From contig RSEE01000085.1 of the NCBI GenBank assembly GCA_003971905.1, positions 186,001-250,000 of the forward strand: 64,000 bases of DNA, in the 5' to 3' direction. The notes under the pieces are model-generated. The model saw nothing but the letters and a program-made list of their open reading frames with translations, did no database searches and was not told the origin of the DNA. The position numbers and the translations under genes were made by a program. This document shows positions 14,001 through 26,692 of this stretch, piece by piece. How positions within the stretch are numbered: the stretch's first letter is position 1; each line of letters opens with the position of its first letter. The stretch is from Moniliella sp. 'wahieum' (taxonomy: Eukaryota).

Positions 14001-15295
14001 AGTTGAACACCGGGTTTACCGATTATACTACCCCCTCCCCTCAAGAGACTGTGGTAGTGGAACAACAATATTGGCTGGGTGCAGACGGCAACAGGAGATC
14101 GGCGGCCTGGGGAGCAAAACACGCAACGCTGGTGACAAGGTGGAGACGCCACACATAATCGGGAGAGAGGAAGAGGGGCAGAGAGAATTGATATGTTTAT
14201 AGAAGACCAGAGAGCCAACAGTTGATGATGTATTGCATTGAACCATGAAGGGAAGTCTAGAGGCTAGAGAATATTCTTGCCCTTGACTCCCAGGAATGAA
14301 TATTGGACAAGGAGAAGGCATTGTCATGATTTCTGCTATCGCACTAGTCAGTGTATATCGAGAGTGCAGAAACAGCAGCCTTGTCAAGAGACCTGTTTTG
14401 TGGCTTTGGTTTCCCGTCGTCGTTTTGGATAGCTTTCCAACACCTGCCCTGGCCATCTTCATTAATAGCTTTTCACATCCACCGCGCCCAAATCATTCCA
14501 TGTTGCGATATGCAGTCCATGGCTGATGGACCCGCAGTTTTACGGAATGTCAACGGTCTATCCATCGGAGACAAAGACGGGCTATACATGATGAGGATAT
14601 TGGCTCTGTGGGGGTAGTGTGGCAATGACCCCCGCGTCTGCTGTCGAAGCCTAGCTTGAAGCAAGTACTACTGCCTGCTCCATCAGGGCTGGCGGAGCCC
14701 CGACTGGGGTGGGCTGGGTAGCGCTGGTCACGTTTGGCCTGCCGTGACGCGTGACGCGCGTGACACGTGAGCGCGTGAGCAGCAAGATGCAGCACAGGGG
14801 CAGCTTGGGCATATGACTGTCCCTATGCGGGCAAGCCGATCTCAGGATGCCAGGCACGGCACTGGCCCCACCCCGCTGCATGCGACTTGTGACATACATG
14901 ACAGCTGGGGTGGGGCTGTTTGTCCCCGCGTCTCCGTCAGGATGCGAGGGACCCAGCACAGCAGCAGTGTGGGCGCGATGGATCGGCTGGTGCCATCGGA
15001 AGGGGGTGGCTAGACTGGCGTGGTGGCTGGGTGCACGCACCAGCAGCGACGGGCGGAGCAGCAGCAGGCCCAGCGCCTGAGATGCTCGCTCCTAGTGACT
15101 GGGCTGAGCGCTGACTGCCGCAACTCAACTGAGTGCATCCTGACTCAGGACAGCGCGAGGCTGAGAGCCACTGAGCTCAGCGAGCACTGCGCCCAACGCC
15201 CGCTTGCATCCTCAACCACCGCCCCGCCCCCTGTGCCTCCGCCTGTCTCGGCGGCATTCGCTTCCAGCTTACCGGCTGCCACCCCCACGCCACCG

Positions 15296-16855
15296 ATGCT
15301 GTCTGCTTCGCCCTTGCTGGCCGTCAGCCTGCTTTCGGCCGCCGCAGCCCGCCGCCACCGCCCACGCCGCCTTTGCCCCGCAGAACACATGGGCAGGCAA
15401 GGCGCCCCGCCCACCGCCAACGCCACCGCAGCCAACCCCGCAGGCCTACCGCCCACCGACGAGCTCCTCCAGACCGCCAATCTCGCCGCCCGTTTCTGGC
15501 GCATTGCCACCACCCGCGATCCGGCCGCCGGCCACCCGCAGTACACCTTTGGCGGCTACGGCAACACCCCGCCCACGCCCACCGCCGCTGTCGGCACCTA
15601 TACCGTCTTTGACCCCACCCAGTGGACCAGCGGCTTCTTTTCCGCGGGGCTCTGGGGCTGTACGACCGCCTGACCAACTGTGCCGCTGCAGGCAATCTGT
15701 CTGGCGCGCCCTCCTTGCCCGACTGGGCCGCGCAAGCCAGCAACTGGACCGCCACCTTGGCTGTCAACAGCGCCACCAACACCCATGACCTCGGCTTCAT
15801 GGCGTATCCATTCCAAGCCCAGGACAGCCTCACCTCCTCCCAACGCTGGAACAGTACGATCAGCAACATGTCCACCACGCTGGGCAACCGCTTTGTTCCA
15901 GCTGCTGGTGTCGTCCGCACCTGGGACAACCCGGGCAGCCACCCGGACTCGGTGCTGGTGATCATTGACTCGGTCATGAACATGCCCCTGCTATTGGAAA
16001 GTGCAGCGAACTACACCCACAACCAGACCCTGAATACGATTGCCCAGTCACATGCTTCCAAGCTCATCCAGCACCATGTTCGTCCGATGGCTCCACCTTC
16101 CACCTATGCGACTACAGTGGCACCACCGGTGAACTGTATCGATGCGGAACAGCCCAAGGCTATGCTGACAACTCGACCTGGTCCCGCGGCCAGGCATGGG
16201 CACTGCATGGGTTCACTCAGCTTTACACCTTGACCGGCAACCAGACGTACCTGACCACCGCCCAGCGTGTGGCCGATTACTGGGTCACGCATTTGCCCTC
16301 CGACGGCCTGCCGTACTGGGACTTTGATGCGCCCCGCAATGCCACCACGCCACGCGATGTGTCAGCAGCGATGGCGGCTGCCTCTGGCCTGGCCACGTTG
16401 GGTACAATTGACAATCGTTCCAACTACACCACTGCAGCTGTGCAACTGCTGCACGCTGCCTACTCGCTGGCCCTAGCGCAACCGATTACCTTTGCTTCTG
16501 CCTCGACCAAAGCAGCTGGGGCCAACTTGACTATCAGTTCTCCTCCAACGCCACCGATTCGACCGGGTTTGAGGCAGCGCTGATGCACAGCACTGTCAAC
16601 AACCGTGGTGGCAACGCCGACACGGGGTTGATCTATGCCGACACGTACTTTATTGAGGCGGGCAACAAACTTCTGCAACAAGGTGTTTGGCCTTGCTCCT
16701 CGTCCCTGGTCACTCCCGCCGCTGCCTCCAGCAGCACAGGAAGCTCCAGCGGCAAAGGCCACAAGGGGGCAGCTGCCACACTTCATCCCGCTGGGGCAAC
16801 AGCCGTCATCCCAGCCTTGCTGCTGGTTGTCACGCTGGTACATCTTTCGTTCTGA
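15296..16855 (+). CDS. Glycoside hydrolase family 88 (unsaturated glucuronyl hydrolase-like), signal peptide and GPI-like C-terminus, frameshifted
   Basis: WTSGFF..LWG, THDLGF, VIIDSVMNMPLL, TWSRGQAWALHGF (shifted frame), LPYWDFDAP..RDVSAAMAAASGL, GLIYADTYFIEA. Hydrophobic N-terminus; Ser/Gly linker followed by hydrophobic tail AVIPALLLVVTLVHLSF. Confidence 0.88.
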
Positions 16856-19800
16856 GATCTGATCCCAACTCGCCCTTCTAGGACGCACGAACAAAATCCA
16901 TCATTTTCTTGCCTCGTTTGCCATCCACCCCTGGCATGCCCTCACTTCCTTCTGGACTGCGCTGCTGCACCACATCGTAGACGGATGCGACGTTCGTGTG
17001 CAGGGCACTGGGGGGGTTAGGGGGGAGACGCGTAGTTCTCCTCGCCAACGTGAGAGTTCGTCGTCTCCCCATACTGGTGCATCTAGTACCCAGGCTTGTA
17101 ATCGCAATCGCCCCAACGGGGGCATCCCTCGTAGTAAGACCTCTGTGTCACTTGCGCTGAGTACCGAGCGGGTATACATCACCGCGACACACTTGGGCTG
17201 GCGAAACGGTGAACTCTCGCACCCGGGCCTGGTGGCTCCAGGAAATGCTGCGTGGGACGTAGATGGGGTACGTGACCAAGGGGCCGAGAGCGGGACGGAC
17301 GCTCGCGCCCGCGTGATGATGGGCTTGTGAACGTTGCGCTGGCACTGGTCGCGGGGGGAGGGGTAGACGTTAGGGAGAGAGATCCAACCACCACTGTACC
17401 ACACGCGCTCTCACTCTGGTCCGGCGCATTCTGCTTGTTGCATCATAGTATGATGCTGGCCCCAGTAGGTGAGACCACAGTGGATGTGCCAACAGGGCGG
17501 GACCGTCTGGCCCCCGCCATTGGCTTCCAAACCGAGTGTACAGCGCGAGTGGATACGGATGAGCGCATGTGCCAAGAGGCGTTGCATATTTTGTGGCCAA
17601 GCCGTTGAGAAGCGCGGTAGTGGGGTTCGTCCGCTGTTTGGCGGATGTAGAGAGGGATGGATTTGTGGACGGCCGCGGCTAATGGCGGCCTGATCTGAGT
17701 CTCAGATGTGAGGGAGCTGAGATCTGAGACGCGGAGAGGCCGCGTCGCTGGGTACGTACTACATGCGGAATACCCACACGCTCATTAATCATTTGCGTTG
17801 TAAGACAGGAGAGGAACCGAAGGATTCAGTTGAACGTCGAGTGGAGAACCTCTGTGGAGATGTATGCAATGGGACAGTGGTGGCGCATGGTGGTTCAACG
17901 TACTGTGTCACGGGCAAAGACGGACTGCTGTTGCTACAGAACCTTTCCCTACGCTTGATCTGTGCTCCTTTGAGAGCCGCGTTCGCCTTTAATCCTTCCT
18001 CTTTCCACGCTGTATGTTACTTCAGTTAAAGCGCCGTGTCTGCATAACCTTTCTTCTCTATGTTCTTCTCCTAGCGGGTCAATTTGTAAAATCATCCCCT
18101 TTTTACAAATCCGTCCTTGAGCCACAACAGACAACACCCGCGTTACTCCCTAATAATATAGCTCACGCACAATCCCACCGACCTGCTTCAATGACCACTT
18201 CTTGGTCTTCCCGAATCCCTCCGCCCAGGCATCCTTTGCCGTCCATCTCCCTCCAGATTGCAGTCTCCTCCGTGTACGGATGCCGCTGCGATCCAACAAG
18301 ACAGTTGTTCTGTGACAGGACCTGTCCGACCCTGATGTCGTTGTCTGCGTCAAACTTCGCGAGGTGGCGCCCCAATGGAGAGCCCTCACCTCGTTCTAGC
18401 TCCGTCTCACCTCGTTTTTAACTCTGTTTGGATTCACCAACAGTGTTCAAGCTCGAGATAAATACCGTGAGCGGGCTCTCCTCCTTCAAGGGAAAGCACC
18501 CCAAAACCTTGGGTTTTGGGCTCCAGTTCTAGGCTGGCCCACATGGCATACTGAGCTTTAAGCTTCGTGCCGCACTTAGAAGAGACTACAAGGGTTGGAA
18601 CAAGGCGGGGCTGCTTAACATTTAGATCTTGGGGAGTAGAGGCAAGGCGTACCGAGGGCAGCACAAAGGGGTCACAAGAGGCGCTGACGCGCTGACATGC
18701 AATAACAGGATTAGTATATCCCCGGAGTGGAGAGAAAAGGTGCGCGTTTGTTGGGGGTCTTTTCCATCTGCGAGAGCTTTTGCGGCTCCGTCTGGGGTGC
18801 TCTTTGTGATGAGGTGGCAGGTTTTGCATGCGTGTGTGGATCGGCCTGCCAAAGAAGAGGGGGCAGTGCAAGAAAGTGCGCCAAACTCGTGGCTGTGCGG
18901 TGCGCGAGCGAAGTAGAAGAGCTGTGGTGCGCGCGTGAGCCACAAGAGCTCGAACAAACAGGCTGTTGGTGTTGTACTAGAAGACTTCGTTGCGGCATAT
19001 CGGCCACACCATCATACAGCGTTTGTTGCTTTTTGTGGAAGGGGGGGCAACAGACGTAGTTGGGGGCTGCCCGCACCACAGTATGATCCCTCTTTTTTCC
19101 CTTCCGCCAAGCCGTGGCGGGTGTGCTACACGCGGAACGCCGGCATCCAGTGTGGCAACCCTCCTAGTAATAGCTCGCACGCACACCGCGCCCTAATAGC
19201 TGTATGCTTCTCGCAGAGGTTGCAGTGCCACGAAAACATACCATCACATTGTTTATCACTCAGTACGACGTCACGTGCGTCAGCGCAGATCGAGCATCGT
19301 CTCTCTCCTGGTGCGTCTTTGGTCCCGATGGGCTCGGGGTACTCCGGGTACTACCAGTACGGTTACCTCTCCGTCGCCAGGTGGAAAATATTGGGGCCGC
19401 GTGACGATCGCAGCGGCTGCCCCACGCAGCCGTAGCCCCAACGATGCACGCAACAACGTGTGGGCAACAGTCAAGCTTCAAGCTTCAAGGGAACGCCTGC
19501 GCAAGCTCCCTGCGCATCGTCACATTGCCACATGGTAAGCTCGGAAAAGACACGACGGGGCGCCTCCCGGCTACATACACTGTTAGTCTAGGGAGCCGGA
19601 CGGGCAGAAGGATGAGGAGAAGGGGATGGATTACTACTAGTAGAGCCACAGTTGGGTCTGGGGGTACAGAGGCATCTATAGGAGGCCGGACTAGGCATAA
19701 ACAGGGGCAGTGAGTCACACAGGAGAGAATGCAGGGCACAGGTCAGTGACACGCTGGGACACCCGCAGCGTGGATGCCGATGGAACCGAGGCGAACCTGG

Positions 19801-20488
19801 TCTACCGACTGGGAGCCGGAGGATCACAGTCAACATACACCGCGTAACGCGCGTAACGCGTAACGCGTAATCAATCAATCAATCGGTGCTGTCTTTTTTT
19901 TTTTTCTTCTTCAGAGAGTTGGTACGGGGCGACAGCTTTCAGTTGCCCGCGGCGATCCCGGAGGACACCTATCCGATCGTGGTCTCCATATGAACCACGA
20001 CACCGCCATGGTCACCGTCAGGGGTTATGTGCGCGTGGCATACGCAAACGGCAGCCTATGACGCACATCGATATCGATAAGGCCGGCAAAAGGAGCTGCT
20101 AACAGTAACTCGTGCCTGCGTCGGTGGATGGCCGATATTCGACGTGGATCGATCGATATCCGACGGCCATGTTCTTGATGCATGATGCATGATGCATGAT
20201 GCATGAGCGATGGCAGTCACCGGTCACCCTGGCGCGCACTGCTCCCACCCGCCATTAAATTAACCAAGCAACCTTAATTCCGTCCGCGCCATCGCTCCGC
20301 ATTTTCCAGGTTGCATTTTTTTTGCCGCTACCCTCGACCCACTTACCTCCACCCCGCCACCACCGCCTCCACCGCCCACCCACCGCCCACCCACCTCCAC
20401 ACCCACAGCACCACCAACTCCCATTATATCCCTTCCCCGTCCCCCTCCTCCTCCCCCTCCTTCTTCCCCTCCCCCTCCTCCCCCTCCT

Positions 20489-22203
20489 ATGGCTGTTGGC
20501 GCCCCCATCCCCTCGGTTCCCCACCCGTGCCATGCCCTCCGCAGCCCAAGCATCCGAGGACGTCCCAACGCCAAACCGCTCCCCAACTACGACGACGACA
20601 CTGCCGCTTTGTGGATGGCCGACGAGCTATGTACCGTGTGTGCTGAGGCCGTCCTCCCCGGAAGCCTCTTCTGCAGCGATCAATGCCGCCTCCGTGACCA
20701 GGAGCACCACCGCTTCCCCTCCCTCCCGCTATCGACCTTCACCAAGCACCCGGGCCTGCCGGGACGGTGCTCGCTGCTCTGGCCCCCCAGTCGTCTTACC
20801 TCACGGTGCTACCTTCAACGCGCTTCCTTCACCCTTTCTTGAGGCAACTGCCCTGCGTCGAGGCCCCTCCACTACGCATGTGTACCCGCGTACACCGCTG
20901 CAACCGCGCCTCCCCGGCCCTGCGAGCATTTTAGTCTAGTGAGCAACAGCCCCAACGTGAGCGAAGGCGAATCGGATCAGCCCCCAACGACGACCTCGCC
21001 ACGGATTTGTGCCTCCCAAGGGCCAGACATGCGCCCGTTGATCAAGTCCCCTGCCATGCGTTTTGTTCGCAAGCCCAACGCGACCACAAATGCCCGCCCC
21101 CGTCTTCTTGGCCAGTCCGGCCTTGGCCCCTTCCACCCGCCGGCCGCGGAGCTCCGTCAGTCCGACTCCTGCTTCTCCCTGGATGGCAATGGAACACCCT
21201 CATCGTCCCCCCTCTCGTCCCCCCTCGCGCACAGTCCCATCACATCACCCGGCCCCATCCTCATGCGATCCTCGAGACGATGTCGACTCGGATGCGCGTC
21301 GTGCATCTCGGGATTTGACCTTGGCCCTGCCGCTCGTGATCATCTCGTTTCTGGTCACACGCAACCCTCTGTTGCGCCGGTCCCTTCCATGGCCACGTCG
21401 GTCGGGATCCCCGTGGTTCATCGACGGCTACCGAGCGATTCTCTTGTCGCACTTCGGAATACGCTGCACATGGCTACGATTGACCCACCTCGTTGCCCCC
21501 CTGCCATGACCGAAGCGGCGGTGCCGGAAGTGGGAAGGGGGAGGACGAGACGGCCGCGTGCGCTCGGCCCACATGCCAGTTCAACTCGATGGGAGGGTGA
21601 GGAAGAGCGTGGCCGTTCTCGGACGACGGATGCGCCAGCCGACCGTGCACCCTTCGCCGCGCGACCTCTTCCAATGATGTGGAGCGTCGTTTGGCCTCGA
21701 GATCGCGCGCCTCTATGACCGGTGAAGATCTGGAGTCACGACGGGGCCGCTCCTCCACACGAGCTCCTCGCTCCATATCTCGCCGTCGCAGTCCTTCCCC
21801 CCCGCGCCGAGGTGATCGACGGCTGGCGTCACGAGTACGTGAACGGTTGCAGCTCGCTCCGGCTGTTGACGTGGGCGCTTCGCCTCCTGCACCCATCTCT
21901 CCCCACTCTCCGTACGGATGTGGATGAAGGGAGGCGTACCGGCGCACTTGCTTTGGGCTTGCGCAGTGCCGAGCCGCCCGATCCAGACCACGTGCTGGCA
22001 TCACCTCTCCTCGTTCGCCTCGCGTGCGAAAACGTAGCCTGGGCCCAGCCAGCTCCCCGCTCACTTCGCGCTCCCATCCGTCGTCGAGCCTATCCCCCTG
22101 CTCCCCTTCGTCTTCGCTTCTCAGTCGTGGACGGGCGCTGACCAAGCATCTGACCATACACGGAAGCCGTATGCCAGTCAGCGTCCAACCTCGTGGCCTC
22201 TAA
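20489..22203 (+). CDS. Ecl1-family (life-span regulatory factor) Cys-motif protein with long Ser/Arg/Pro-rich disordered tail, frameshifted
   Basis: ELCTVCAEAVLPGSLFCSDQCRLRD matches the Ecl1 CxxC..L(Y/F)CSxxCRxxD pattern. It is followed by chained + strand ORFs with RGRxR repeats; the stop position is approximate. Confidence 0.7.
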
Positions 22204-25200
22204 CTCTTCCCCCTTTTCATTCGCCAAGCATTCTCCACAAACTGCCCAACGCAATTCTCTCAATGGCCCATGACCCCTCCGTACCTGGATCCACCTTTCT
22301 TCTACCAGCCCTTGTTGGCCCCGTGAAGACTTCTTAAAATTTCTTGTCTGTCTCCCCCTGGCGAGATCCTTGCGTTCGTTCCTTGTCGACGCTTTGCGCT
22401 GCCAGTATGCATACCCATCTTGCTTTGGCCCTACGAATCTTCTTTTACGCATGCCTTACGCTCTTGGTTGCCTTCTTTTGCTTCCGACCACATCCCTTTC
22501 TTCTTTGGCCTTCGTCTGTGCCTTACTACTAGCCTCGGTCTCAGTGGGGCCGAACACTGGCACCCTTTTTCTCTTTCTTTTTCCCCTCCCTGCCCCCCCC
22601 CCACCCCCAAGACAAAAACACCCACACTGGTTCCCCCTTCCTTTCCAATTCTGCTGCATTCACTGCGCATACGGTCCCGCTGGTCGGGCCACTACCACCC
22701 CCAAGCAACTTCGCGCTGTGGCGCGCGTGCGCGTGCATTCCTGATCGACCATCCTCCTTCTTTGATCCATTCTCCCGTCGGTCCCCAACGCCCTGCTCAT
22801 CTTCTTCGTCTCCTACCCTCTTTTCCCCTTATTCACATCACAGCTTCACCGCTTCCTCCCCCCATCGTTCGTCCCACCCACAAGCATTCAAACATAAAAG
22901 TATTCCCTCCATCCATTAATTCCCTTCTACAGTCCCCCTATACATAACCGGAGACCGTACCGTTTTTCTTCTTCCCCTCGTTACCCGCTTCTTGGCCCGT
23001 CCCCACTCGCCCGAAGGTGGGGTTGAGCAAAGGGCGGTTATCGCTTGCCTAGCTGTCATACACGGCCTGACACAGGGCATAATCCGTTGTCATGTCCTTT
23101 TGTATAGTAGGGGGGGAGGGGCACGCCTGTCGATTGAGATGTTGAACAGTCCGCGTATAGCCAGCCTTTCTCAGTGTCCCGGTGGTGTGCTCGGTCCGTT
23201 GTCTGGTACAGAGATGTACATTGAGACTCTTCTGAAAAAGTTGGCTTGTTCTCTGATTGTATAGTAGAGAGACACGACAAGGCAGAGGCGCCAGTAAATG
23301 GGTTTTTTGCAGTCCTTTCCATTCCCACCATCGCTGTACACCGCAGGGAATCTTGCCAAGGTACACGGGATCGGGATGGAGGAGAAGGTGGGCAGAAGGA
23401 CGAGAAACTTCTCCGAAAGCTGAGGACAGTTTTCGGTCATCTGCGCGGTAATCGCCGTGTATACCTCTCTCCCACCACGATCAAAGATTATTTTTGACAC
23501 CCTACTACAGCGGATGCTGGCCCGTGCCCACCGTCGCCAATGTTTTGTCCGGTACCTTCTGGTAACATGTGTTCCCTAGAATCATCATGATGTGCATCAT
23601 GCTGGTAGTGTAAATTAAACGAAGGAAAGAGAAACAAACGGGGTGTGTATACATCAGTGACGTCAGCGCCTGAGCGCTCAGGCTCAGCGCTCAGGCTGAG
23701 TCGTGCTGAGTGTGCTGAGTAGTACTCCCACAGTTCGCCACGGACCAACAGGGGGCATTCGCCGCGTTACACACACTCCTTCCTCACCAATCTCACTCTC
23801 ACGCCCGCCATCGGTCTCGGACAACAGAGCCTCGGGCCTTTTGGCCGGCCTCAGGCTTCACCGCCTCACCGGCTCACCACGGTCTCCCCTCCCATGTCAG
23901 CCATGTCAACGTTCTCAACGTTCAACGAACATTCAAATAACCAATCCCGCCCAGCCACCTAGTCACCTACTCACTAGTCCCCCCATTTGTTGTTCAAAAT
24001 GACATCATGACAGGAGCGGGGGCTTGAGATGTGAGAACTGTATAATGTCTGACTTGCTCAACTTCCTCAGATAGAAAACGTCTCCCCTGCGTCGAGACGA
24101 GTAACGAGTATATTCCTGCGAACTCTTCCACAGGGGGAGAGTATCGGAAGTGACTAGTGATGCAAGGAGAAAGGACCCTGTTTTTGGGCTAGCGGTGCCA
24201 CTGTTATCCTCCCGTCGCATCTCAATCAACAATACGCTTAATTGAGCTTTGCGAGCCGTCGCCTGCCGTCGTTCACACGAATATAGCAGAGAAAACCAAA
24301 TCAGGGATTGCGCGATTACGCGATTACGTGCACCTCGGCCTGAGGCCTGACTCACAGGCGCTCAGGGTTAGACGTTAAACGTGTTAAACGTTAGGTTAAT
24401 GCATAATGCGAAATGACGTGGTGCATATGGGCTTGGGACCTGTCGACGGAAAACCGCCAACTAGAGTTGTGGATTCAATTCCAAACGTTCAATAGCAGTA
24501 GCGATGGATGTGTCACGGCCCTCTTAGCTAATCAGGCACACTGTCCTTCGCCGATCCTGTTCTCCTTCCCTCTACCAGTGCATCTTTTGCTTCCCTTGGT
24601 ACTTGGTCTCAAATCTCACTCCATCGCCCGAACCTTGCAGGACATGCAGGATGGGCCAACACAGTACCCAAACAGCCAAACACGCCTCAACGAGTCACTC
24701 AGTCCCCGGGAAGTTACCCAATTGCGTGTGGGACGCAGCCTCCCCGAGGGCCGCACTGAGTTCACCCACTCAGATCTCAGACTGAGTAGGGTATACGAAA
24801 TATACTCAACTGAGTATGTTGGGTGGCCCCGGAGACCGGAGACCGGTGACCGGTAAGGTTAGCGGTTAGTGGGTTAGCGCTATGCTTAGCCTAAGCGGTT
24901 AGCATTCCCTCGCTTTCACGGCACGTCAGGTGCGCGTGATTAGTGGGGACATGGGAGACGGAAACGCTCCAGTCGACATACACCTTCAAGAGCTTCAAGC
25001 TTCAAACTTTGCCTTCTCTGCAGTGGCAAACGAGTGTCGATCATCAGTATCTAGTTGACTACTGAAAAGCGCTAGCGGGCTGCTTCGCCAGCGGGGCCGA
25101 CATATGCCGCCACGTGGCGGGGAGTGTTGCTGTGCTGGAGTTGATCGACTCGCACTCGCCCTGTTGTACTAGAGACCGTGCTGGTGGTGGAGGACGAATG

Positions 25201-26692
25201 AGGCCGGGGGTGAGACTCCATACATGTCGATCCTTTGCCACGGCAACACTGGCTCTGTGCTGAAATCATTCATCCTGGCGTGCCCACCCTGGCCACCCAG
25301 GCCCGACGCCACTGTAGGTTGCCCCGAAGCGTGGTGTGTGATGATCGATGATCGCCCGATGCAGACGGCCGAAGCTGGAGCTCGGGGTGCTACAGACGCC
25401 TGGCAGCAGGAGGCGGCGGTGCCCGATGATCGACGACTACTAGCTGGCCACGGGACAGTTCTGCGAAAGAACGTCACATGTCCCAACTGATGCTCCGGTG
25501 GATGGTGGCCACCGTTCCATTTGAAATTGAGCATGGAGGACTTGAAGCTTGAAGCTTGAAGCTTGAAGCTTGAGTTTGACGCCCTGAGCCTCAGGCTGAC
25601 CTGGCTCGACGCACCGCCTAAGACGGCAGCAGGGACGGGTGGGACAGCGAGGGTTGGTGGCGGGGTCTTTCGATCCGCCCAAGTGCCTCCCAGTCATCGA
25701 CTGTATGTGATGCTGATGCACGATGGATGTCGATGATGCAGCGGCAGCATCCAACCATTGTTCTGCGCAGGATTGCGCAGGGGTGTGGGATAGCAGCAGA
25801 GCGACAGGAGGCCCCAGCTCAGCGTGAGCGCTGTGGCTGAGCGCTGATGCTGCGGCCCTGCGATTTGGGCTGGGAGATCTGAGACAAGGTACGCCCAGGG
25901 GACCTTGCCAGATCCAACCGCGCGCGGGCCCGCCGATGTGCGCCGAAACTGGCCAGGCTCGCTGGCTGCTCCCGCGCGGCGTGGGGGGGATGGTTCGGAG
26001 TGGGCTGGCCTGGGCTGGCCACTGGGAAGCATATGTGCGTCAGAGAGGTACGCAGCCGTCCCCTCTTGGCTCGTGGGCGCGTCAGCTGCTGTTGCATAAT
26101 CGCATAATCGGACTTGGGTGGTGGGAGCGTGGGACCTGGCCTCAGACCAGGGCCTCAGCCACAGCGCACGCACCGGCAGGGCCGGCACAGGCCAGCCCAG
26201 GACCGGCCCAGTTGGGCGTTTAGCGCTCCGGCTTAGCGCGTCGTAGGCCAGCGGCGGACCTGCCTGCGCCCGGCTGCGCAGATGTGTGCCCCGCCCAGCG
26301 CTCAGCCGGAGCACACTGCGGGCCTGGGCACACTGCTCGCCTGCCGCCCCCCATGCCGAGGGCGCGGCAGGGGCAAGACGACGCAGGCGCTAGGCACCCG
26401 ATGCCTGAGGCCGGGCGCCTGACCGGTGACCGCGTGGTGGCTGAGCCGAGGTAGACTGGTATGCACGACACCGGCGCCGTGCCTGCGTGTCTGAGCCGCT
26501 GCATCGGGGCAACAGCGTCTGCGTCTGGGGCAGCTGCCCCCAGCACGCCCCAGCGCCCAGAAGCGCAGCCCAGGTGCTCAGCCTGCTCCCCCCAGTCCTG
26601 CGAACCAACGCTTGGCCCACACGCGGCGCCTTATAACCCGCCCTCCCTCTGCCCCGCTCGCCTGCAGCCCATCCACCCCCCCCACCCCCGCC

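Noticed and set aside
22950..23640. Transposon remnant in a lower-GC patch
   Set aside because: No transposase/RT motifs, terminal repeats or target-site duplication visible.
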